This document shows, piece after piece, positions 1-9,500 of a stretch of 37,284 bases of DNA. Every line of letters starts with the position of its first letter. Position 1 is the stretch's first letter. Position numbers and translations under genes: made by a program. This DNA is from a virus (lineage: Duplodnaviria; Caudoviricetes): positions 1 through 37,284 of IMG/VR virus record IMGVR_UViG_3300010382_000023, one strand, 5' to 3'. The notes under the pieces are model-generated. The model was not told the DNA's origin and did not search any database. It was given only the letters and a program-made list of their open reading frames with translations.

Positions 1-711
1 ATGACGCATGACGCTTTATACAGTGAGCTTACAGTTGAATTAGAACAAGAGTATTCCAAACGAATCGCCGAAATAACCATCGTTGAAAACTTTGTAGAAT
101 ATCATAAAGGAACTGCAACTGAAGATGTTGTGGGTGTAATCAGAAAGTCTTTAATTATGGTGCTATATTCACATTTCGAAGGCTATTGTAAGCAGGTATT
201 ACAATATTATGTTATATATATAAATAAAGAGAAGATTCTGTCTTCAGATGCAAAATCAGGCCTAATAGCTGCAAACATGCACAAAGAATTTCGTAAATTA
301 CTTGATAGCAATCATAAACCCGTAAACATGCATGATTTACTCAAAGAAGACGGTGTTCTACAACAATATGGGCGAAGGCGAGAGTTCCTTGGTCACTGGG
401 GCGAATTTATGACAAAGGAAATTAATATCGGTGAAGATTTTATTGATACAGAATCGAACTTAAAATCTCATGTTCTTAAAAAAATAATGTTTCAATTAGA
501 GTTAAACTATTCAATAGTTGATACATACCAAAACGAAATAAATAAACTTGTAAATATACGTAATAGTTTTGCCCATGGAGATCGTGTCGGATACCCTACG
601 AAAAAGGAGTATGACAATTATAGAGACGCCGTAGTTCACCTTATGGAAAAACTAAAAGATGAAATTGAAACATCTTTTTTAGATAGAGCATATATAAAAG
701 TATCTTCCTAG
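1..711 (+). CDS. HEPN-domain protein (MAE_28990/MAE_18760-like or RiboL-PSP-like), putative RNase/defence moron
   Basis: LYSHFEGY helix motif and RNSFAH (Rx4H) motif near the C-terminus; visibly AT-rich; convergent with the lysis cassette. Confidence 0.75.
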   Translation: MTHDALYSELTVELEQEYSKRIAEITIVENFVEYHKGTATEDVVGVIRKSLIMVLYSHFEGYCKQVLQYYVIYINKEKILSSDAKSGLIAANMHKEFRKLLDSNHKPVNMHDLLKEDGVLQQYGRRREFLGHWGEFMTKEINIGEDFIDTESNLKSHVLKKIMFQLELNYSIVDTYQNEINKLVNIRNSFAHGDRVGYPTKKEYDNYRDAVVHLMEKLKDEIETSFLDRAYIKVSS

Positions 712-739
712 ACTTTCAGTTTAAACTAAAATAAAGCTG

Positions 740-779
740 ACGCAAGGCCCCCGCCGCCGAAGCGACGAGGACCTTACGT
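740..779 (-). terminator. Intrinsic terminator after the lysis genes
   Basis: Minus strand ACGTAAGGTCCTCGTCGC-TTCG-GCGGCGGGGGCCTTGCGT: 18-bp stem with G.U pairs and UUCG loop, followed by a T-rich tract. Confidence 0.75.
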
Positions 780-809
780 ATTATCCCGGCCAGGAGGACA
801 CCGGGAATC

Positions 810-1208
810 TTATTCGTTTTTCTGCGTTGTGCTTTTCTTGAATGTCGCGAGTAGATCATAGCCACCGTTCGCGGCAAGGCCTACCACTACAGCATTGATT
901 GCACACAATATAGCGCTTTCGATGGTAAGAGTGCCCGTGATATAGTTGGCCGCGAGAAGCACGGGAAACGCAATCATCCAGGCAAAGATGCGCTTGGGGA
1001 TCTTCTCGAAAATATGGGCATCCTTGAGCAACTGGGTGATCAGTCCCGTGGCCGCAAGAGCGCCGGCATAGGTCCCAAGCATGGCCCATGTGAAAAACTC
1101 CGGGCTCTCCGCACCGCCGCCAGTGTCAGCGAGCGCGGGAACGGTCAGCATAAAAACCGCCGCGAGCACGAGGATCGCGGCGAGCAACAGGGAAAGGATC
1201 TTCTTCAT
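810..1208 (-). CDS. Holin-like membrane protein
   Basis: Several hydrophobic segments, GLAANGGYDLL motif, basic C-terminus; ATG 1208 after AAGGAGG; next to endolysin. Confidence 0.7.
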   Translation of the reverse strand: MKKILSLLLAAILVLAAVFMLTVPALADTGGGAESPEFFTWAMLGTYAGALAATGLITQLLKDAHIFEKIPKRIFAWMIAFPVLLAANYITGTLTIESAILCAINAVVVGLAANGGYDLLATFKKSTTQKNE

Positions 1209-1225
1209 GATTGCCTCCTTTTTAT

Positions 1226-1429
1226 TTATCCTTTTATCGCCCAAGCGATAAATAGTCCAACAATACCAGTCAAGACGGCACCGATGAGCATGTCCCACCA
1301 TCGCCCGCCTCGACCTTCGAGCTTGCGTATTCGCGCTTCGTGGTCGCTTCCCTGCGAGAGAGCTTTATCAAGCTTCTCGTCCATCACCGCGAGCTTTACA
1401 AGTATTTCGGAACGTTCACCATCTGCCAT
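1226..1429 (-). CDS. Small coiled-coil plus C-terminal TM lysis-cassette protein (XhlA/holin-like)
   Basis: DHEARIRKLE coiled coil followed by a hydrophobic helix; lies between endolysin and holin. Confidence 0.6.
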   Translation of the reverse strand: MADGERSEILVKLAVMDEKLDKALSQGSDHEARIRKLEGRGGRWWDMLIGAVLTGIVGLFIAWAIKG

Positions 1430-1448
1430 AGTCGCATCCTCGTTTCGT

Positions 1449-2999
1449 TTATCTCAGGCAGTTAAGCTGCCCGGCATGCGTCCAGTACGTTTTTCCGCCC
1501 GCGTAGATGCCACGGCACACCACGCCAGCATCGCGCCCCTGCGCCTCGATCACACGGCCATTGCCCATGTATACGCCCACATGATGCTTGTCCCCCGCTT
1601 TGTCCCTGAAAAGCAGGGTGAGCGGTTCGAGGGTGTCCAGCGAAACGGGCGTGCAGATCGCCCACAGCCCGTCACAGTCGATATCGCGCGCGGAAAGGTT
1701 GTGATCCATGAGCCAACGCACGATCAGCCCGGAGCAATCCCACATGCGCATCCCGGTCACGCCTGCGGCTTGCTGTTTCTTCCAGAAAGCTATTGCGCGT
1801 CGGGCGTTGCTGGAGGACGTTTCTTTCGCCTTGATGATACTTTCGGTGATTGTTTTCTGGCCCTGCCCGCCCCATACATAGGGATCGCCTACCGCATCGT
1901 ACAGGTGCGCGCGGAAGTCCGCCTTGAGCGCCGCCACGATATCCGGATCGTTGTCCGGCTGGGGATCGATCTGCGCCGGGTCTTTTGCGAGCGCCGCCCA
2001 GGTGATCGGGCCGACAACGCCATCCACGGTAAGGCCCTTGGCGAGTTGGAACGCGCGCACAGCCTTTTCGGATAGTGGGCCAAATACGCCGTCCGTGTCC
2101 ACCTTATAGCCGTGAACGTTAAGACGTTGCTGTACCCACCGCACATCCTCGCTTTCCATGTACGGGTCTTTCAGGCGGATGCTCGCGTGAACGACAACGC
2201 CATCAATGACCGGCGCTACGTCCTGCTTGTCCTCAAACGGCCACACGGCCATGACGGAATCGGTCTGCAAAACGCCTTCCCAATCCGTCCAGAAATAGCC
2301 CTTGCCATTCCATCCGCCGCCACCGAGCGCAAGGCCGTTCTGCCCCCACGCTTCGCCCCATGAGTTTTTGACTTTGACGCACTCGGAAATGCCATGCCTG
2401 CACATGTGCATTTCGCACGCCGCAATCGTAACCTCGTGATATTTCGTCGGAACAATGGTCTTAAAATCCCAAAAACCGAACTGATCCGGCCTCGAATCGT
2501 CGAAAGGCATAGTGAACTTAATATACAGCCCTTCCAGCTTTTGGGCCTGCAACATAACAGCCTTGATCTCGGCCACGGAATGGAGAAACGCATACCGTTC
2601 AAAGCGGTAAGGCTTCGCCGCTGCAATAAGCTTATCGCGCCTCGGGCGGATATACTCCGTCACTTCCGGAACTTCGAGCGTATTGCACGGATCGTCGTCG
2701 TCCGTTGGCATGCCCACGTCGATCATGAACTGCGCAGAGCCGCGCGGGCTTGTCCCCGGAGCCTTCCCTGCCAGCTCTGAATACATAAGGTTGTCGCTCA
2801 TCTTGCGCTTGAACTTCAATTCAGCACCGGATTGATCGCATTTTGTATTGCATCGTCCGGCCTTCCCTTGATCGAGCACACGCGACATGGGCAGGACGAT
2901 AGGCATGGGGAACTCCTGTGCTGCCGCCGTCGTTACAAAATAATCGCGCAGATCGGGAATATCAGGGATAACGCCTGTGTATTTTTTAAGAGCCTCCAT
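1449..2999 (-). CDS. Modular endolysin: papain-like (C1) cysteine peptidase, PG-binding domain and NlpC/P60 domain
   Basis: DQGKAGRC...YHEV...KNSWGEAWGQNG...GYFW; VRWVQQRL...DGVFGPLSEKAVRAFQ...DGVVGPITW; PYVWGG...DCSGL...HVGVY; ATG 2999 after GGAGG. Confidence 0.85.
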   Translation of the reverse strand: MEALKKYTGVIPDIPDLRDYFVTTAAAQEFPMPIVLPMSRVLDQGKAGRCNTKCDQSGAELKFKRKMSDNLMYSELAGKAPGTSPRGSAQFMIDVGMPTDDDDPCNTLEVPEVTEYIRPRRDKLIAAAKPYRFERYAFLHSVAEIKAVMLQAQKLEGLYIKFTMPFDDSRPDQFGFWDFKTIVPTKYHEVTIAACEMHMCRHGISECVKVKNSWGEAWGQNGLALGGGGWNGKGYFWTDWEGVLQTDSVMAVWPFEDKQDVAPVIDGVVVHASIRLKDPYMESEDVRWVQQRLNVHGYKVDTDGVFGPLSEKAVRAFQLAKGLTVDGVVGPITWAALAKDPAQIDPQPDNDPDIVAALKADFRAHLYDAVGDPYVWGGQGQKTITESIIKAKETSSSNARRAIAFWKKQQAAGVTGMRMWDCSGLIVRWLMDHNLSARDIDCDGLWAICTPVSLDTLEPLTLLFRDKAGDKHHVGVYMGNGRVIEAQGRDAGVVCRGIYAGGKTYWTHAGQLNCLR

Positions 3000-3012
3000 G
3001 AAAATACCTCCA

Positions 3013-3372
3013 TCATTCTTCTTCAAAATAACCAACTGCGCTTATATATCCGTCTATGCTTGAGGCATAGCGAATGACGTTTCCGTTGATGGATACAAGT
3101 CTTAGATACGGATTTGTATAAAGTGTCGCAGGAAGCGATTGCTCTGCCCCGCTGTATGACTTCAACCATGCGAAATAATCCTCAGTAAAAAACGACCATT
3201 GAAGCCCGCTGCCCAAATAGAAACATACCTGCACAATTTGCGTGAAGTCGGGCAGCGTAAGATCGGTTTCCACGCTCGACGTAAGTGGAAGCATGGCCTT
3301 ATAGGTTACAATACTCAGCCCGCCGCCGCTATCTCCTGATGCGCATTGCCCTACAATCCCTACCTTTGCCAC
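3013..3372 (-). CDS. Hypothetical tail-fibre-associated protein (119 aa)
   Basis: GTG 3372 after AAGGAGG, directly after the tail fibre stop codon. Confidence 0.55.
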   Translation of the reverse strand: MAKVGIVGQCASGDSGGGLSIVTYKAMLPLTSSVETDLTLPDFTQIVQVCFYLGSGLQWSFFTEDYFAWLKSYSGAEQSLPATLYTNPYLRLVSINGNVIRYASSIDGYISAVGYFEEE

Positions 3373-3373
3373 T

Positions 3374-5008
3374 TTAGACCACCTCCTTGACTGAGAAGGA
3401 AACTGCCATGCCCGGCGGCTCAATGAGCGTAAGCGTAAGGGTATTAGCCGCCGATATCTCATAGTAATCAATGAGATTCCAATTATTCTTTTCAAACATC
3501 CGGGTCATTGCCTCGCTTGACCATTCTGGAATGAGCAGATAACGCTTATTTGATGCTGTCGACGCCCCCGTTACAGTTATATTGATGGTGTAAGGCCCTT
3601 CGCCGGAATAACCTGATGTTGGGAGAGAAAGGCCGGTAACGAGCAGACCGGGCGTGGCGTAATCCGTTCCAGCAACGGCTAAATCAAATTCCCCGTAGCC
3701 GTCCCCCTTAATTATCCCGCCTATATAGAGCTTGCTGAATATCGCGCCATTATCCCATAGATAGTAAAGCAGTTTAGCTATTGCAGCATTAATAGAATCG
3801 GCAGCGGATATGACCCCGGGATATTCACCCGGGTATTCAGGGTCTACATATCCAGTCAACAAAATATCCGCGCCTGTTGCACCATGCGGATTGCCGGTTT
3901 CCTGAATGTGATCGTCCCATGCCGCTTTTTCTTCATCGGTAACGATCCGATGCGTCTCGTCCTCGTCCATGTTTGCCAGAAGGAATGCATCGGTATTTCT
4001 GCCTCGCGGATCATAATTCACCTTCGACATGTCGCCATCGCCCGCGCGAGCAACCAGTATCCAGTTATCAGTTACAGTGGGGAGAACGCCCGTGCAAGCG
4101 GTGGTATTCCGATAGGTCGAACCGTTATAGGTAACCTCGTTACCGGGAACATAGGCAGCATCCGCGCTGTACGCTCCGATGAACATACGCGCGGCCATGA
4201 GCGCTACGCGAGCAGCCTCGGCGGCAACTCTTGCGATCTCCGCAGCCGCACGGGCGCTTTCTGCGGCAACGCGCGCATTTTCGGCAGTGATCCGAGCATT
4301 TTCCGAGGCGACACGAGCGGCTTCCGCTGTCCCCCTGCCATTTTCCGCTTCTACTTTCGCAGCTTCGGCAGCAACCCGCGCGTTCTCCGCTATAACACGG
4401 GCGGCTTCTGCGGCAGCGCTCGCATTTGCGGCAGCGATTCGTGCGTTCTCCGCCGTTACTCTTGTCGCCTCCGCGTTCGATCGAAGCGACTCCGCGCTTT
4501 GGCGGCCTATCTCGGCTGTTTGGCGCGCGCCTTCGTTCGCGCCGATGTATGCTAGTCCTGCTTCCAGTTCACCGCACAGTTTGATAAGCGCTACAAGCAT
4601 CGGGTATTCATTAGTTGCCTGTGCGGTATCCTCGTTGAAGATGCCACGACGGCATTTGAAGTTGAACTTTGCGGTGGTAATAAGAGTGGAGAGCGTCGCG
4701 TCGGAGTAGATTTGTAATTCGCACTCCACCATTCCGGGCGCGAACGACGATATGAATAGCGCGATGCTCACAAGGTTTCCATCTATGGTGATTCCCCCGT
4801 CCTCCTTCGCGCTATCCTGCGAGGATGTGCCGTTAGATTTCGAGAACACAGCCAATACCCGGCATCCTGTCAGTTCAACCGGCTGTCCACCGTCCGTCAG
4901 CGTCACGTCGATGATATTGCCGTTATCGCCTTCTACGACTTCTATGTCTCGGTTTCCTACCGAGCGCTTCACATCCAGCGCTACCGAGAATCGTTTTTCT
5001 ACGGCCAT
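3374..5008 (-). CDS. Tail fibre/receptor-binding protein with BppU-like N-terminus, Ala-rich coiled coil and a small carbohydrate-binding-like module
   Basis: EGDNGNIIDVTLTDGGQPVELTG (BppU-like), heptad AENARVA-type repeats, YVPGNEVTYNGSTY motif; ATG 5008 after GGAGG. Confidence 0.75.
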   Translation of the reverse strand: MAVEKRFSVALDVKRSVGNRDIEVVEGDNGNIIDVTLTDGGQPVELTGCRVLAVFSKSNGTSSQDSAKEDGGITIDGNLVSIALFISSFAPGMVECELQIYSDATLSTLITTAKFNFKCRRGIFNEDTAQATNEYPMLVALIKLCGELEAGLAYIGANEGARQTAEIGRQSAESLRSNAEATRVTAENARIAAANASAAAEAARVIAENARVAAEAAKVEAENGRGTAEAARVASENARITAENARVAAESARAAAEIARVAAEAARVALMAARMFIGAYSADAAYVPGNEVTYNGSTYRNTTACTGVLPTVTDNWILVARAGDGDMSKVNYDPRGRNTDAFLLANMDEDETHRIVTDEEKAAWDDHIQETGNPHGATGADILLTGYVDPEYPGEYPGVISAADSINAAIAKLLYYLWDNGAIFSKLYIGGIIKGDGYGEFDLAVAGTDYATPGLLVTGLSLPTSGYSGEGPYTINITVTGASTASNKRYLLIPEWSSEAMTRMFEKNNWNLIDYYEISAANTLTLTLIEPPGMAVSFSVKEVV

Positions 5009-5033
5009 GTGGTTTACCTCCATACATAATAAA

Positions 5034-5057
5034 GGGGCGCCCCGTTTGGAGCGCCCC
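5034..5057 (-). terminator. GC-rich hairpin/terminator upstream of the tail fibre gene
   Basis: GGGGCGC...GCGCCCC inverted repeat followed on the minus strand by TTTATT. Confidence 0.5.
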
Positions 5058-5061
5058 CAGC

Positions 5062-5170
5062 TTGACAAAAGGACTCAAATCCGCATATACTGCGTATATA
5101 AGCCACTCTTAGCCTCATCGCTGGGCAATTGGAGCCTTGGAACGTTGCCAAGAAGGTGGCTTTTTTTGTT
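5062..5170 (+). ncRNA. Putative ~70-nt small RNA with its own promoter and terminator
   Basis: TTGACA(5062)-N18-TATACT(5086), then AAGCCAC...GTGGCTT closing stem and a T-run; no ORF. Confidence 0.55.
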
Positions 5171-5178
5171 CCACGCAA

Positions 5179-5205
5179 CAAGAGCACCCGTGAAGGGTGC
5201 CCTTG
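5179..5205. terminator. Hairpin downstream of the antirepressor operon
   Basis: CAAGAGCACCC-GTGAA-GGGTGCCCTTG. Confidence 0.5.
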
Positions 5206-5222
5206 CTTTGTGATCGATAACA

Positions 5223-5456
5223 TCAATCCTTGCGTTTCGTTCGCCGCTCGCGCCGTATCCCTGCGATATAGCCGCCGATGTACAGCGTACGGATTATCAG
5301 GTTGAGCGTCCGCTCCTGTGCGGCGCGATCCTCCGGCCAGCCCTTCACACAATGACTGAAAATGGCCTTCGCGGTGGCGGCGTCACCGGGGCTCATAAAT
5401 TGCGTCAGGTGCGCGGCCTCACATGCAACGGATGGATATTCCCTCTCAGCTGGCAT
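5223..5456 (-). CDS. Small hypothetical protein downstream of the antirepressor
   Basis: 77-aa ORF with AAGGAAG-type RBS; LYIGGYIAGIRRER ending resembles small ant-associated proteins. Confidence 0.6.
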   Translation of the reverse strand: MPAEREYPSVACEAAHLTQFMSPGDAATAKAIFSHCVKGWPEDRAAQERTLNLIIRTLYIGGYIAGIRRERRTKRKD

Positions 5457-5470
5457 ATTCTTCTTCCTTT

Positions 5471-6160
5471 CTACGCTACCATCAACAACCGGAAGGTTTC
5501 GCGGCCTTTGGGCGTAATCAGCGTTTGAGTACCACTCCAGTCTGTTTTTTCGTTAACGCACTCTTTGACCTCAAACAGGCCATTGTCCGCATGTTGCTGG
5601 AAAGGAAGCAGCTTACCGCGCTTGTCCCTGTATACATACTTGTGTTCCAGCAGGAATTCCACAAAATGCTTTGGAGCAACGTGTAGCTGTTTGGCCGTTT
5701 CCCGGAAGTTCGTCAACAGATTCCTCTCGACCAGTTCATCGAAATATTCCGCTTTAGGAGCCATGATGGCGTTCTGAACGGTCAGTTCGGCGTTGACCTG
5801 CTTCAATGCCTGCACGGTACGACTTGCCAGTTGAAGGGCGCGCGCCATAACCGCCTCAGGTTTGTTCCACGCTTCCTCTACGGCGATGAAGTATTGCCGG
5901 GCCTGTTTACCCTTTTCGGTGCGTTGGAGCATGCACAGTTCTTTCGCCATAGAAAGCGTGAGTTGATGATCTTGCGCTGGCCGGCCACCCGTACTTTCGC
6001 TCAAAAATGAGCAAAAGTCCGTTCCCTCAGTAAATCCGTATTCACACATGCGTGGGAACCAGTCCTTGTAGGCGGTCGAGACTTCCAACATCGCGTGCAG
6101 ATCGCGTCCTAACACTGTCGGTCGCTCGCTCTCAAGGTTGATCTTAATAAGCTCGTTCAT
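5471..6160 (-). CDS. ant: Phage antirepressor (AntA/AntB N-terminus, KilAC/ANT C-terminus)
   Basis: GRDLHAMLEVSTAYKDWFPRMCEYGF...MAKELCMLQRTEKGKQARQYFI; PKAEYFD...FRETAKQL...TLITPKGRE. Confidence 0.92.
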   Translation of the reverse strand: MNELIKINLESERPTVLGRDLHAMLEVSTAYKDWFPRMCEYGFTEGTDFCSFLSESTGGRPAQDHQLTLSMAKELCMLQRTEKGKQARQYFIAVEEAWNKPEAVMARALQLASRTVQALKQVNAELTVQNAIMAPKAEYFDELVERNLLTNFRETAKQLHVAPKHFVEFLLEHKYVYRDKRGKLLPFQQHADNGLFEVKECVNEKTDWSGTQTLITPKGRETFRLLMVA

Positions 6161-6186
6161 TCAAAAATCCTCCATCAAAAATTGAG

Positions 6187-6291
6187 TTGATAGAGGAATC
6201 CCAAGCTGATATAATAAATTTATCAGTGGGAAACCTCTGACGCAATAAAGGATGAGCGAACTTTAGTCGGTGCTGCTCGTCCTTTATTTTT
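6187..6291 (+). ncRNA. Putative ~70-nt antisense RNA to the ant leader (Sar-like), with promoter and terminator
   Basis: TTGATA(6187)-N17-TATAAT(6210) with extended TG; hairpin AATAAAGGATGAGC...GCTCGTCCTTTATT plus T-run at 6244-6291. Confidence 0.7.
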
Positions 6292-6436
6292 GAGCCAAAT
6301 ACTCGAGGATAATCATGCGGATAATTCCGCTCACCGTCGTCCCCTTTATAGCTGCCTCATGCTCCAATTTGTTTAGGTCACTTGGGGATAAAAACGTTGA
6401 TACCCTCTCGGTATTGGCTTTCTTCTTCGGCGACAC
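6284..6436 (-). CDS. 50-aa ribbon-helix-helix (Arc/CopG-like) regulator, absent from the ORF track
   Basis: GTG after AAGGAGGTG; MSPKKKANTERVSTFLSPSDLNKLEHEAAIKGTTVSGIIRMIILEYLAQK fits the RHH pattern. Confidence 0.8.
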   Translation of the reverse strand: MSPKKKANTERVSTFLSPSDLNKLEHEAAIKGTTVSGIIRMIILEYLAQK

Positions 6437-6453
6437 GCTATCACCTCCTTACG

Positions 6454-6487
6454 CGTACATTATATAGCCGTAACATGTACGTGTCAA
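6454..6487 (-). promoter_or_regulatory. Consensus sigmaA promoter of the RHH-ant operon with overlapping inverted-repeat operator
   Basis: TTGACA(6487-6482)-N17-TATAAT(6464-6459); CGTACAT(6454-6460)...ATGTACG(6475-6481) inverted repeat. Confidence 0.85.
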
Positions 6488-6503
6488 GAGCTTTTTGTGC
6501 GCC

Positions 6504-9500
6504 CTACTTCTTCATGCCAAGTATTCTTAGCATTGTGTCGTAGTACGCTTCTGCGGCTTTTCTTTGTTCGACTGATAAGCCATCGTCGGCGCGCTTTTTT
6601 TCGATGTACTCGTTAGCCAGCGCCCGGGCCTGTTGCGGCACGGTTTTGCCTTCGGGTATCTTTACCCCGATTACCGCCGCCATGATGTTCATTTCGCTCG
6701 GCGAGAGATCGCTCTTTCCGTCCTTGTCGCGATCAAGGCCCACGATGGAGGTGAGCTTGCCCGCGTTGGTGTTTCCGTCCAGGTCTTTCAGCAGGTAGTA
6801 GGCTTCCATCTTGTCGATACCCTGCGCAACGGCGGCTTGATACTTCTCCGTTTGGGACTGCGTCAGTGTATCTTTGGAATAGCTGTAGCCCTTGGGTAAG
6901 ATGGAGGACGGGCCATTGAGCAGGATTTTGAAGTAGTTATGCCAGTCTGGCTCTGCCGGGTATCTCAACCGCCCATCGTCCGCATAGTAATCGCCCTTAA
7001 CAAAAACCGTGTCTACTCCCCACGCCGTTTTTTTGATTTGCCCGCCGCCCCAAGGGAAGAAGCCAAGAGCAATGTACGCCGCTTCGGTCATAAGGCTGCC
7101 CACATCTTTCTTGCTATCTGCGAGCGATGTAACGAATCTCCACAGATCACTTACATTACTCGCCAAGGGGGTGCGCCCCCCGCTCCACACGGAACCAAAA
7201 GGCAGTTGCTCCACCGTATCGGAAATGGCTGCGCCTGCGTCATCTGCTGTGGCTATATTTATCGCAATGTCGATGGGACTGAACGCCTGATCGCCACCAC
7301 CGATAAGCCAACGCTTAAACTTGTTCCATCCAAACATCAGCACCATGTAAAGCAGCACCCGCCAGATCGTTTCTGGCGGCATTCCCTTGATTTTTTTCTC
7401 CGGCGCGTCCCAGTCTATGCCCTCTGTTGTCCCTCCGTTTCTTTGCTCTATGGCGTAGATTTGTTCACCGATTGCCTGCCGCGAGAGATCGCGGAAGTGG
7501 AACATCTGGTTCCAGCCCTCAAGCATGAACTGCATCCACGGTCTTGCGGCTCTTGCTGTGAATATCAACGGAACCGTGCCTTTGTTTCTGTCGGCAAACA
7601 TTTTCACGAGGAAGTCATCGGTTTCGCGTATGGCATCTTCCGGGGTGTAGCCTTTTTCCATAAGCTCGCCATACTTCGCGCGCGCTACGGTTATTGTACC
7701 GATGCGGTCGGTTACCTCAAACCACCAGCCAAGGAAATTCCCAAGTCCACGTTTGACCCTATCTACCTTGGATATGATGATCTTCTCATTCTGTTCCAGC
7801 CTGCGTGCGAGAGTCGGGATTTTTTCCGTGAATCCGTCTTCGTTCTTGAAAATGCCATTCTGGAACGTGTTCAGTATAGCGATTGGGATTTGCTTTGCTT
7901 GCAACCCCGGTACAGATGAGAACAGCGATATCAGGTTGGACAATCCAACCGATATGTTTCCCGCAACGGCGGCCCCGCCGACCGTGCCCGTCAACTTATC
8001 AGATATCGTGTAGATTTCTCTGCCTGCCGCGGCCTCAAGCGCGCGGTCAAGATCGGGCTTTTTATTGGCAAGCTGGTTCGTATAGTCGTGCAGCCACGTT
8101 ATAAGCGCGCTGTTTTTGCTGCCTCCGCTGTTTTCTCGCAGATACTTTTCAAGCTGCCTATGCCGTTGAATAACGGGCGTCATGTAGATAAGGGAGGACG
8201 CGCCTTGCAAGTAGCGGTTGAATCCCCGTATCGCGTCGTATTCCGTCAAATCCCCCATCCGTTCAAGCATGTGGGAAACAAACTGTCTTCCGGGGCTGAA
8301 GGACGCCGTAAGCCCCGCGATAGAGGATGGAAGTTTTTGTGCCTCGCCCTTGATTATGTCGATGAAGTCCTGCGGCCCATAAGCCTCTCGCCCGATGTGG
8401 TGGAAGTACTCCTGCCGCATGGGGATGGGCGAATAGCCGTTCTCCGTAAGCGAGCCGTTTTGCATCGGCAACACGCGGGCGTAGAAGTCCACAAGCGCAT
8501 CTTTAAGCTTCTTGACATCCTCCATATTCGGCTTTTGACCGTCCTCGATCACCGCGAGAGCGTTCATACCGGCGTAAACCGTCGTAACGTTCCCACGTTG
8601 CTGGATGATTAGGTTGCCCTGCGTAGAGGTAGGCTTTGCGTTGTTGAGCGCGCTAAGGTACGCCTCGCGGATACCCTTGTAGTATTCCTCGTTGGGCTGT
8701 CCGCGCTTTCTCTTTGAGGCCTCCTTTGCCGCCGCGATCTCCGCCTTGCGCTGCTGCGCGCGGTACTTCGAATCGAACATGAGCAGTTCGTTGCCCGAGG
8801 AGAGCGCCACAAGCTGCCCACGTTTGTCGAACAAGAACACGCCGTTTTCGGTTTTAACGACCATGTTCTTTTTGCCATAAATGGCGTTTGCCGCGTCTTT
8901 TTCGGCTATGATGCCCTCGCCAAGCATTTGTGCTAACGTGGAGGTGCTTTGCTTCCCGTCAAACGCTTCTAGCACCTTTGCTGTCTCGGCGTTCTCCCAC
9001 AGCGTGGCGGCTGCACCTTGGTCTTTCAAATACCCCAAATAGGTGTCCCGCAAGCGGTTACCCTCGAGGTAGTTTCCTGCGCGACCCTCCGATGTTTTCG
9101 TATCCCGCCAATTCGCAACATCTTCCCATATCCGGGCGGGGAACGAAAACGTAAGGGCGAGCTGCTTGCCGACCTCTCCGATAACGGATGGCTCGTTCCA
9201 CAGCTTCACATTTTCCAACAGCTTATCGAGTTCGACAGAGTTTATCATGCCGCCTTGGTTGAAGCCGTTGGCGAGGTACATACCCCTCAAAGCCAGCGCG
9301 ACTTCGTGATCTGCTCCGCCTTGTTGGTAATACTCCGCCACGGAAATACGCTCGCGGTATAACCGCTGCACCTCGCGCAGTTGCTTGATCTCGCGACCAA
9401 GCGTTTTCATGCGCTGTTCTTGTTTTAGCGTTTGAACTTGCTTCTCAAGCTCCGCACGGTCGCTTCCCGTGAGGCGTTGCTTCTCTCCGTCAATGGTGGT

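Noticed and set aside
4190-4520. 21-bp-period repeats in the tail fibre and long plus-strand ORFs over them
   Set aside because: Explained by a heptad Ala-rich coiled coil; opposite-strand ORFs are GC-rich shadows without RBS
3013-5008. Diversity-generating retroelement or invertible tail-fibre cassette
   Set aside because: No reverse transcriptase, invertase or template/variable repeat pair seen
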